64,000 nt of DNA from an uncultured bacterium (GTDB lineage Bacteria; Patescibacteriota; Patescibacteriia; UBA1558; GWA2-36-10): NCBI GenBank assembly GCA_903855135.1, contig CAINYB010000027.1, forward strand, positions 18,679 to 82,678, given 5' to 3'. Position numbers and translations under genes: made by a program. The stretch's first letter is position 1, and each line of letters starts with the position of its first letter. Shown here in pieces: positions 56,533-64,000 of the stretch. Under the pieces are notes generated by a model, which made no database searches, was not told where the DNA came from, and saw nothing but the letters and a program-made list of their open reading frames with translations.

Positions 56533-57786
56533 ATGGATCAAGAAATAAAATCTAATTTTCAAGCGGTCAAACCTGGCGGCTTGAAAAAATTTATCAAAAT
56601 ATATTTATTAGTCTTTGCGGGCTTAGTGCTTTTTACTTTTGGTCTTTGGACAGGAGAGGCGAGCACAAAAAATACTGTTGATGGTGCTCAAGTGACTAAA
56701 AATTCTATTAGTCAGCTATTTGCTGGTAAAGATCAAATAGATTCAGCTTTATTTAGTCAAGTTTGGGATTTGTTAAAGCAGAATTATTTCAAATCTAGTG
56801 GCATGGCGGATAAGGATTTATTTTATGGAGCTGTGGCCGGTATGGTAAACGCTGCCAAAGATCCTTATACAGTGTTTTTGACTCCAGAAGTGACGAATGA
56901 CTTTACCCAAGAATTAAACGGTAGTTTTTCTGGTATCGGTGCCGAGATCGGCAAGAAAAATGATATTTTAGTAATTATCGCTCCATTAGCTGATTCACCG
57001 GCTGAAAAAGCTGGCTTAAGAGCAGGAGATAAAATCTTTGCCATTGATGGTCAGGATTCAACTAGTTTGTCAGTTGATCAAGCTGTGACTTTGATTCGCG
57101 GTAAAAAAGGCACAACAGTGAAATTGATGATTTTAAGTAAAGATGAAGACAAACCAAAAGATATCACTATCACTAGAGATAAAATAGCTATTCCTAGTGT
57201 AGTTTATAAATTAGAAAACAACATTGCCGTAGTAGAGATCACTAATTTTAATGGCGATACCAATGATCGTTTTGCTAAAGCAGCTAAACAGATTATAAAA
57301 GATAAGCCTAAAGGCATTGTTTTGGATTTACGTAATGACCCCGGTGGATATTTAAACGTCGCCGTAGATATAGCCAGCTTTTGGCTCAATAAAGACGAAG
57401 TGGTAGTCAAAGAATCATTTGCCAATCCAGCTGACAATACCGAATACAAGGCTAGTGGACAAAATATTTTGAAAGATTTTAAAACTGTAGTTTTGGTCAA
57501 TGAAGGTTCAGCTTCTGCTTCAGAGATTTTAGCTGGTGCTTTACAAGACTATGGCATCGCTAAACTAGTTGGTCAAAAGACTTTTGGTAAAGGCTCGGTT
57601 CAGCAGTTATTTGATTTAAGTGATGGTTCATCTTTGAAAGTGACAGTGGCTGAGTGGATGACACCAAAAGACAGAGCTATCAATGAAAAAGGTATTGATC
57701 CAGATTTTGTCGTTGAATTTAGCACCGAGGATTTTAATAAAGATTTAGATCCACAGCTTGACAAAGCGAAAGAATTGTTAGAGTAA
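56533..57786 (+). CDS. ctpA: carboxy-terminal processing protease (S41, CtpA/Prc)
   Basis: N-terminal TM, PDZ domain, catalytic Ser in LVNEGSASASE and Lys in GKGSVQ. Confidence 0.9.
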   Translation: MDQEIKSNFQAVKPGGLKKFIKIYLLVFAGLVLFTFGLWTGEASTKNTVDGAQVTKNSISQLFAGKDQIDSALFSQVWDLLKQNYFKSSGMADKDLFYGAVAGMVNAAKDPYTVFLTPEVTNDFTQELNGSFSGIGAEIGKKNDILVIIAPLADSPAEKAGLRAGDKIFAIDGQDSTSLSVDQAVTLIRGKKGTTVKLMILSKDEDKPKDITITRDKIAIPSVVYKLENNIAVVEITNFNGDTNDRFAKAAKQIIKDKPKGIVLDLRNDPGGYLNVAVDIASFWLNKDEVVVKESFANPADNTEYKASGQNILKDFKTVVLVNEGSASASEILAGALQDYGIAKLVGQKTFGKGSVQQLFDLSDGSSLKVTVAEWMTPKDRAINEKGIDPDFVVEFSTEDFNKDLDPQLDKAKELLE

Positions 57787-57864
57787 ATTTTACTTTATTT
57801 AGTTTAATAAAAAATAACAGCGATTTTCCCCCGCCCTTGGCGGGGGAAAACGCAGAATAATTTT

Positions 57865-58311
57865 ATGAAATTGATTTTATTACAGGATATTCAAAATATT
57901 GGTAAAAAAGGAGAAATCAAAGATGTATCTGATGGTTTTGCGATGAATTTTTTGTTGCCCCAGAAAAAAGCAGTTTTAGCTACTACTAAAAATGTCCAAA
58001 ATATCAAAGCAGAAGAAAAAGTAATCGCTAAAAAAGTAGAGGTCAAAGTCGCTGTTTATCAAAAAATAAAAAATACTTTACAGCAACAAACCTTGACTTT
58101 TGCTGGCAAGACTTCAGATAAAGGACATTTGTTTCAAGCTATCAAAATAGCAGACATTATCAAAGCTGCAAAGAAAAATTTTAATATAAATTTAGAAGAA
58201 AAATGGTTTGTAGACTTTATTGCTTTGAAAGATTTAGGCAAGCATCAAGTTTGGTTGCAATTACCAGATAATAATAGAGTATTAATTTTAGTAAAAATAG
58301 AAACATTATAA
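57865..58311 (+). CDS. rplI: 50S ribosomal protein L9
   Basis: MKLILLQDIQNIGKKGEIKDVSDGFAMNFLLPQKKAV. Confidence 0.88.
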   Translation: MKLILLQDIQNIGKKGEIKDVSDGFAMNFLLPQKKAVLATTKNVQNIKAEEKVIAKKVEVKVAVYQKIKNTLQQQTLTFAGKTSDKGHLFQAIKIADIIKAAKKNFNINLEEKWFVDFIALKDLGKHQVWLQLPDNNRVLILVKIETL

Positions 58312-58411
58312 TCCTGTAGTTATTTCCCCGGCGGATGCCGGGGAAAAGGTACGAGTTTTTTAGCGCAAATAGTCAAAAATATCTTAAAATAATTATTATT
58401 AACAAACAAAT

Positions 58412-58675
58412 ATGAACTTTGAAGAAACAAAGATACCACAAAATCAGCCCGAAGCGGCAAGTGAAAAAGATGTTTTTCAGGAAGCTCTTAATAATGAGCT
58501 TATTAAAATGGAAGAAGCAGGAGAAATATTACCAGAGCAGGCAGAAGAAAAAAGAAAAGCAGCTACTTTAATTGAGACGGGATTTTCCGATGATCCAAAA
58601 CACGATGCCTTGCTTTTTTCCAGAGTGGGGATTGCCGATGAAAAAGAGTTATTAGAGCTTTTTAAGCGAAAATAA
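58412..58675 (+). CDS. hypothetical small acidic protein
   Basis: 87 aa ORF preceded by terminator hairpin 58318-58358. Confidence 0.45.
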   Translation: MNFEETKIPQNQPEAASEKDVFQEALNNELIKMEEAGEILPEQAEEKRKAATLIETGFSDDPKHDALLFSRVGIADEKELLELFKRK

Positions 58676-58803
58676 ATTGTCAAAAAATTTATTTTATTAA
58701 GTCGGGGTAGAAACTTCAGATTACAGATAAACATTTGCTATTGTTTTCACAAAAAGAAAAAAATTTGCTATAATAGCGACAGCTGTTTTTAATTTTTTAC
58801 TTT

Positions 58804-60417
58804 ATGGAAAAAACAAAATATATTTTTATCACTGGTGGCGTCTGTTCGGGTTTAGGCAAAGGTATTGCCTCAGCCTCAATTGGCGCCATTTTAGGTTCTT
58901 GTGGCTATAAAATTTTTACTTTGAAGCTTGATCCTTATCTAAACATCGATCCAGGCACCATGAGTCCTTATCAGCACGGTGAAGTCTATGTCACTGATGA
59001 TGGAGCTGAAACTGATCTAGATCTTGGTCATTATGAACGTTTTATTGATACTAATTTATCCAAGCTTTCAAATCTGACGACTGGTCGAGTATATGCTAAG
59101 GTTTTGAAAGGCGAACGCAGTGGTGATTATTTAGGAAAAACTATCCAAATCATCCCGCATATTACTAATGAAATCAAAGCGCATATAAGAAAAGCGGCCG
59201 AGGAATCTAAAGCTGATTTTTTATTGATCGAAATTGGTGGTACAGTTGGCGATATCGAAGGTGAGCCTTACTTAGAGGCTGCACGCCAGTTTCATCGCGA
59301 AGTTGGTACTGATAACGTTTTGTTTGTGCATTTGACTCTCTTGCCCTTTTTGATGGCTTCAGGTGAATTAAAAACTAAACCAACCCAAGCATCAGTGCGT
59401 GAGCTTTATCGTCGTGGCATTCAGCCGGATATTATCTTGGCAAGATCAGACAAACAGATAGATAAAGAAAGTATTCAAAAAATTGCTTTATTTGCTGATG
59501 TTGAAGAAAAAGCAGTTATTCCTGCACCAACGGTCAGTACTATTTATGAAGTGCCGATTAATTTTGAGAAAAAAAATCATATTTCGGAAATCATTTTTGA
59601 GCGTTTTAAAATGCCTGTTCGTAAAGCCAAGCTAGAAGAGTGGGAGAAATTAGTTTCCAGAATAAAAGCTAATCATAGGCAAAAAATCGAGATTGCTTTA
59701 GTCGGTAAATACAATCAAAATCTTGATGCTTATTTAAGTGTCGTAGAAGCTTTGAAATCGGCTTGTTATGCTAATAATTTAAGTTTAAATTTAGTTTGGA
59801 TTAATGCTGCTTATTTAGAAAAAGATGACAAGCAAGAATGGGAGAAATTAAAACAATGTAAAGGCATCGTGGTGCCTGGTGGTTTTGGCTCACGCGGTGT
59901 AGAGGGTAAAATAATGGCTGCCAAATATGCTAGAGAATATAAAATGCCTTATCTAGGCTTATGCCTTGGTATGCAAGTAGCAACTATTGAGTTTGCAAGA
60001 CATGTGCTAAATACTCAAGACGTCAATTCTACTGAATTTAATACTAAAACAAAAAATCCGGTTATTCATATTTTGCCTGGTCATCATGAAGCAGAAAGTA
60101 AAGGTGGCACCTTGCGACTCGGCTCTTATCCTTGTGTGCTAGATAAAGACTCTTTGAGTTTCAAAGCTTATGGGCAAACAAAAATAGATGAAAGACATCG
60201 TCATCGCTATGAATTTAATATGGACTATAAAGATGTTTTAGAAAAAGCTGGTTTTAAAATAGCAGGTCTTTCGCCAGATAAAAGATTAGTAGAAATAATA
60301 GAGCTGAAAAGTCATCCATTTTTTGTGGCTTCCCAGTTTCATCCCGAGTTTAAATCTAGACCACTAAGAGCCCATCCTTTGTTTCGGGATTTCATTAAAG
60401 CAAGTAATAAAGTATAA
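58804..60417 (+). CDS. pyrG: CTP synthase
   Basis: N-terminal synthetase domain, C-terminal GATase with catalytic GLCLGMQ Cys, H..E. Confidence 0.95.
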   Translation: MEKTKYIFITGGVCSGLGKGIASASIGAILGSCGYKIFTLKLDPYLNIDPGTMSPYQHGEVYVTDDGAETDLDLGHYERFIDTNLSKLSNLTTGRVYAKVLKGERSGDYLGKTIQIIPHITNEIKAHIRKAAEESKADFLLIEIGGTVGDIEGEPYLEAARQFHREVGTDNVLFVHLTLLPFLMASGELKTKPTQASVRELYRRGIQPDIILARSDKQIDKESIQKIALFADVEEKAVIPAPTVSTIYEVPINFEKKNHISEIIFERFKMPVRKAKLEEWEKLVSRIKANHRQKIEIALVGKYNQNLDAYLSVVEALKSACYANNLSLNLVWINAAYLEKDDKQEWEKLKQCKGIVVPGGFGSRGVEGKIMAAKYAREYKMPYLGLCLGMQVATIEFARHVLNTQDVNSTEFNTKTKNPVIHILPGHHEAESKGGTLRLGSYPCVLDKDSLSFKAYGQTKIDERHRHRYEFNMDYKDVLEKAGFKIAGLSPDKRLVEIIELKSHPFFVASQFHPEFKSRPLRAHPLFRDFIKASNKV

Positions 60418-60446
60418 ACCCCTTTAAAATAATTAATAAAAAATAT

Positions 60447-61205
60447 ATGGAACAAGAAACATGTTGTACAAATAAACCATACAAGTTTATTTTTAAAATA
60501 ACGGCTTTGGTGTTGGTAGCGGCAGTGGTAATTGTCGCTTTAGTGCGTGATCGCATTGTCAATAATCCAAACTGGCAAGTGTCAGTTGCGGGTTTTGGTA
60601 GAGTAGCTTATACACCGGATGTTGCTAAAATAACTTTTGGTGTGCAAGTGGACAAGGCAAATTCCGCTGAAGAAGCTTTAAATACTTTAAATAACAATAT
60701 CGATAAAGTGATGAAAGCCTTAAATACTTTAGGCATTGAACAAAAAGATATTACTACCCAAAATTATTCTCTATATCCACAGTATGACTATATCGATGGT
60801 GTCTCGAAGCCAGCTGGCTATAATGCCAGTGAACAAGTGACAGTCAAGATAGAAAAGTTTGCGGAAAAAGATAATCTAATTGGTAGAGCGATAGCTGAGG
60901 TGACTAAAGCTGGCGTGAATAATATTAGCGGTATTAGTTTTGAGGCGGCTGATCTTGAGGCTTTAAAAAATGAAGCTAGACTCAAAGCAGTGGAAGATGC
61001 TAAGATAAAAGCCAAAACAATGTCCAAAAGTACTGGAGTGCATTTAGGTAAAGTCATTGGTTGGTGGGAAAACTACTATCCAGTTGATCCATATATGGAT
61101 GGTAAAGGTGGTGCTTTGATGAGTGCTGATATGGCTTCAGCTTCAGTGCCAAGTGGCCAATATGAAGTTTCAGTAGAAGTTAATCTAAACTATAAAGTAA
61201 AATAA
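60447..61205 (+). CDS. SIMPL/DUF541-domain protein (BP26/OMP28-like)
   Basis: N-terminal TM; SIMPL family pattern. Confidence 0.75.
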   Translation: MEQETCCTNKPYKFIFKITALVLVAAVVIVALVRDRIVNNPNWQVSVAGFGRVAYTPDVAKITFGVQVDKANSAEEALNTLNNNIDKVMKALNTLGIEQKDITTQNYSLYPQYDYIDGVSKPAGYNASEQVTVKIEKFAEKDNLIGRAIAEVTKAGVNNISGISFEAADLEALKNEARLKAVEDAKIKAKTMSKSTGVHLGKVIGWWENYYPVDPYMDGKGGALMSADMASASVPSGQYEVSVEVNLNYKVK

Positions 61206-61210
61206 AAAAA

Positions 61211-61305
61211 TACCCCCTCTGTCGCTTCCCCGGCATCCGCCAGGGAACGCGCCTTCTCCCCCAGATCCCCGCGTACGCGGGGAAGGGGGAGATTGAGAGG
61301 GGGTA
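61211..61305. repeat. GC-rich nested palindromic element (E5)
   Basis: taccccctctgt...agatccccgcgtacgcggggaagggggaga...gagagggggta; shares 30-mer with 33395-33468 and cccctctgt with 5993 element. Confidence 0.55.
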
Positions 61306-61308
61306 TTT

Positions 61309-62049
61309 TTATTTTTTGATAAAGCCTTCAATCGCTTTGAGGGTTTCTACTGGTACCATATAAACTACAGTATTACTTTGATCTGAAGCCATGTCATTGA
61401 TAGATTGCAAAGTTCTTAAGTGTAGTGCTCCTGGGGTTTTGGCTAACATTTCCGCAGCTTTAGAGATATTTTCGGAAGCAGCTAATTCTCCTTCAGAATT
61501 GATGATCACGGCGCGTTTTTCTCTTTCGGCTTCTGCTTGTTTACCAATAGTTCTTTCTAGTTCGGCTGGTAGACTGACATCTTTGAGCTCAACGTTTAAA
61601 ACTTTTAGGCCCCAAGCATCAGTTTCTTTGTCAACTATTTCTCTGATGCGGTCAGCGATTTTGTCGCGGCTAGATAATAATTCGTCTAGAGTGACTTCAC
61701 CGACGATATTTCTCATCGTTGTTTGAGCGTATTGAGAGATAGCATAGCGAAAATCTTCGACTTCAATGATGGCTTTTTCTGCCTCACTGACTTTGTAATA
61801 AATCACAGCATTGACTCTAACCGAAACATTGTCTCTAGTAATGGCATTTTGATCTGGCACATCGACTGCTTTAGTTCTGACATCTACTTTTTGAAAACCT
61901 TGAATAATTGGCCAAACTATACGCCAACCTGGTTGCATAATTGAGGTAAATTTACCTAAGGTAAATTTGACGCCTCGTTCGTATTGATTTATCTGTCTGA
62001 CGCTGATCAAGACTAGAAAAATCAAGATAATTACAATTGTGAAAAACAT
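61309..62049 (-). CDS. SPFH/band-7 (stomatin/prohibitin-like) membrane protein
   Basis: N-terminal TM; SPFH core; stomatin-like C-terminus. Confidence 0.88.
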   Translation of the reverse strand: MFFTIVIILIFLVLISVRQINQYERGVKFTLGKFTSIMQPGWRIVWPIIQGFQKVDVRTKAVDVPDQNAITRDNVSVRVNAVIYYKVSEAEKAIIEVEDFRYAISQYAQTTMRNIVGEVTLDELLSSRDKIADRIREIVDKETDAWGLKVLNVELKDVSLPAELERTIGKQAEAEREKRAVIINSEGELAASENISKAAEMLAKTPGALHLRTLQSINDMASDQSNTVVYMVPVETLKAIEGFIKK

Positions 62050-62259
62050 ACAAATTTTTTTAATGATTAATTAAACTTAATTATATCTTAGCACTTTACA
62101 CATTTAGCACAATACCCCCGCCGACGGCGGGGGTATTGAAGGGTTAATTTTATTAAATTTAACACCCCAGGTTTATCCTGGGTAGCTGCTTGAAAAAAGT
62201 AATTATTTGTGCCAGACTTATATTGAACAAGGGCTCTTAAAACAAGGAGGGAAAAGATC

Positions 62260-62502
62260 ATGAACGCACAGGATCGTCAGATGCTGGAGAAAATCAGCAA
62301 TAATTGGCTGATGGCCTCTGTTATTGCGGTATTTGTCACTATTGGTGACATATATTTCCTTGGCAAGGAGATTTTTAGTGGTGAGGGCATCGATGATGTA
62401 TATGCTCTCAAATTATCTTTTGCCTCGGTTTTGCTAATTATTCTAAGTTGGTGGTTGATTGGTAAGTATCAAAAGTCCGTAAAAGAGCTAAGGGGGGAGT
62501 AA
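62260..62502 (+). CDS. small two-TM membrane protein, GC-rich, strong SD
   Basis: AAGGAGGG-N8-ATG; ~42% GC; followed by hairpin terminator 62526-62560. Confidence 0.5.
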   Translation: MNAQDRQMLEKISNNWLMASVIAVFVTIGDIYFLGKEIFSGEGIDDVYALKLSFASVLLIILSWWLIGKYQKSVKELRGE

Positions 62503-62552
62503 AGATTATGTGTGCGAAAAAAGGGCTTCTGGCAACAGGAGCCCTTTTCTTT

Positions 62553-63833
62553 TTATTTACAACTATTTAAACCAGCTAGATGTCCAGTTGCCCAAGAGGC
62601 TTGAAGATTAAAGCCACCAGTAAAGCCGTCAATGTTTAGTATTTCCCCAGCAAAGTATAGATTTGGACAAATTTTTGATTCCATGGTACTTGGATTTACT
62701 TCTGCTAAATCCACGCCACCAGCGGTGACAAATTCATCGCCAGCTTTACGGTCAGTGATAGTTAAGGGAATATTTTTTAGCCAGTTAGCTGTTTGATTTA
62801 ATTCTTTATTGCTAATAGCATTATTTTTTTTGCCTGCCCTGAGCGAAGTCGAAGGGGCTATGTCTATTTTTACTTGTTCGATAACGACAGTAGCCATTGA
62901 TAGAGGAATAAATTGTTGTAAAGTATGTTTAAATAATTTATTTGGATTATTTTTAATAAATTTTTTTAAATCAGTAATAATTTTTTCTATCTTTAAATCT
63001 GGTAATAGATCAATGGTAATTTTCAGTTGTTGATTTGGGCTAAAAGTTTCAAAAGCAATCAAAGAAGATAAAGCAAAAACCGCTGGCCCGCTAATACCCC
63101 AATGCGTAAAAACAAATGGTCCAGTAAAGCTATATTTGTTTACTCGCCCTGTGGGCGATTTTGTTTTAGCACTAAAAGTAGCTTTGCTAAAAGAGAGGCC
63201 AGCTATTAAAGTGGGCCATTTTTCTTTGCTAATCAAAGAGCTTAAAGATGGTGCGAGCTCTGTGATGTGGTGCCCTAAATTTTCTGCTAAACTGTAGCCA
63301 TCACCAGTAGAGCCAGTTTGACGATAAGCTTGCCCGCCCAAAGTCAAAATCACTTTATCTACTTGAAGTGCTTTTTGGGTTTTAAAATTTATAATAAAAC
63401 CAGCAGATTTATGCAATCTCTTTACTTTAGTGACTTGATGATTAAATAAAATATTGGTTTTGTATTTTTTAAAGACTTTTTCAAAAGCTTTGACTACGTC
63501 TTTGCCATTATTAGATATTGGAAACACTCTCATGTCATTTTCACATTTAAGTGGAACGCCGTGATTTTCAAACCAATCCCTGGTATTTTGTGGAGAAAAT
63601 TGACGTATAGCAGAATTTAAAAATTTTCCCCCTCGAGGATATTTACCTAAGATAGCTTGGACATCTTGTAGACCGGTCGTGACATTACAGCGTCCGCCGC
63701 CAGAAATAATAACTTTTTTACCCAAAGAAGCATTTTTTTCAATCAAAAAAACTTCTGCTTTAGGATTATTTTCATTGATTGTCGCAGCGGCCATCATGCC
63801 AGCTGCTCCACCACCGATTATAGCTATTTTCAT
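62553..63833 (-). CDS. HI0933/YhiN-family NAD(FAD)-utilising flavoprotein
   Basis: N-terminal GxGxxG (IAIIGGGAAGMMAA); 426 aa typical of family. Confidence 0.85.
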   Translation of the reverse strand: MKIAIIGGGAAGMMAAATINENNPKAEVFLIEKNASLGKKVIISGGGRCNVTTGLQDVQAILGKYPRGGKFLNSAIRQFSPQNTRDWFENHGVPLKCENDMRVFPISNNGKDVVKAFEKVFKKYKTNILFNHQVTKVKRLHKSAGFIINFKTQKALQVDKVILTLGGQAYRQTGSTGDGYSLAENLGHHITELAPSLSSLISKEKWPTLIAGLSFSKATFSAKTKSPTGRVNKYSFTGPFVFTHWGISGPAVFALSSLIAFETFSPNQQLKITIDLLPDLKIEKIITDLKKFIKNNPNKLFKHTLQQFIPLSMATVVIEQVKIDIAPSTSLRAGKKNNAISNKELNQTANWLKNIPLTITDRKAGDEFVTAGGVDLAEVNPSTMESKICPNLYFAGEILNIDGFTGGFNLQASWATGHLAGLNSCK

Positions 63834-63899
63834 ATTTTAAAGATTACACTGGGAGCTTAATAAAATCAAGATAAAATAAAAACAGCTTCTCAGCTGTCT

Positions 63900-63973
63900 T
63901 GGCTCGGGGATAGGGAATCGAACCCCAATTGACTGGACCAAAACCAGTTGTCCTACCATTAGACGATCCCCGA
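63900..63973 (-). tRNA. tRNA-Gln (anticodon UUG)
   Basis: rc gives acceptor UCGGGGA/UCCCCGA, anticodon loop UUUUGGU, T-arm UGGGGUUCGAUUCCCUA, encoded CCA; followed by hairpin terminator 63882-63897. Confidence 0.85.
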
Positions 63974-64000
63974 ATGAAATAACGAAATTATAATAGTATT

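Noticed and set aside
58741-58803. Possible pyrG attenuator (tttgctataat followed by acagctgt + T-run)
   Set aside because: The palindrome is only 4 bp per arm with no loop and is too weak to call a terminator or attenuator without data.

Overview
The window is AT-rich (about 33-35% GC), gene-dense bacterial chromosome with the look of a small-genome, CPR/Patescibacteria-like organism. It uses the standard genetic code, its native genes have almost no Shine-Dalgarno sequences, and there are many GC-rich hairpin terminators.

Recognisable housekeeping genes:
- Ribosomal proteins: rplU (L21), rpmA (L27, located 50 kb from rplU) and rplI (L9).
- Replication and repair: recR, ybaB, dnaB, mutM and lexA.
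- tRNA synthetases: argS, asnS and aspS.
- Chromosome segregation: scpA and scpB.
- Central metabolism and nucleotide synthesis: tpiA, fba and pyrG.
- Cell wall and division: murA, ctpA, dus, corA, ftsB, ftsE, ftsX, an RlpA-like protein and a DacA-like carboxypeptidase.
- Seven tRNA genes: Lys-UUU, Asn-GUU, Thr-CGU, Tyr-GUA, Thr-GGU and Gln-UUG, with Asn-GUU sitting directly upstream of asnS.

Non-housekeeping content:
- Many secreted or membrane proteins, including a VCBS/cadherin-like surface protein, a CAP-domain protein, a thrombospondin-type-3-repeat protein and a giant 1156-aa coiled-coil membrane protein.
- Several compositionally distinct GC-rich (45-55%) gene islands whose genes carry strong GGAGG ribosome-binding sites. 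These include a divergent pair of secreted proteins, one of them beta-barrel-like, and look horizontally acquired.
- A roughly 300-nt GC-rich terminator-bounded candidate non-coding RNA between dnaB and tRNA-Lys, flanked by about 85-bp direct repeats.
- A dispersed short repeat (TTCGACT[AT]CGCTCA) that sits in hairpin loops and tRNA trailers.
- A family of nested GC-rich palindromic intergenic elements.
- A tRNA-Tyr / GIY-YIG / tRNA-Thr locus bounded by direct repeats.
- Two adjacent secreted proteins sharing a conserved C-terminal module, next to a giant polytopic membrane protein and an ABC-F ATPase.
- A lexA locus with a repeat-bearing promoter and a divergent coiled-coil gene.

No CRISPR array, reverse transcriptase, transposase or integrase was recognised.
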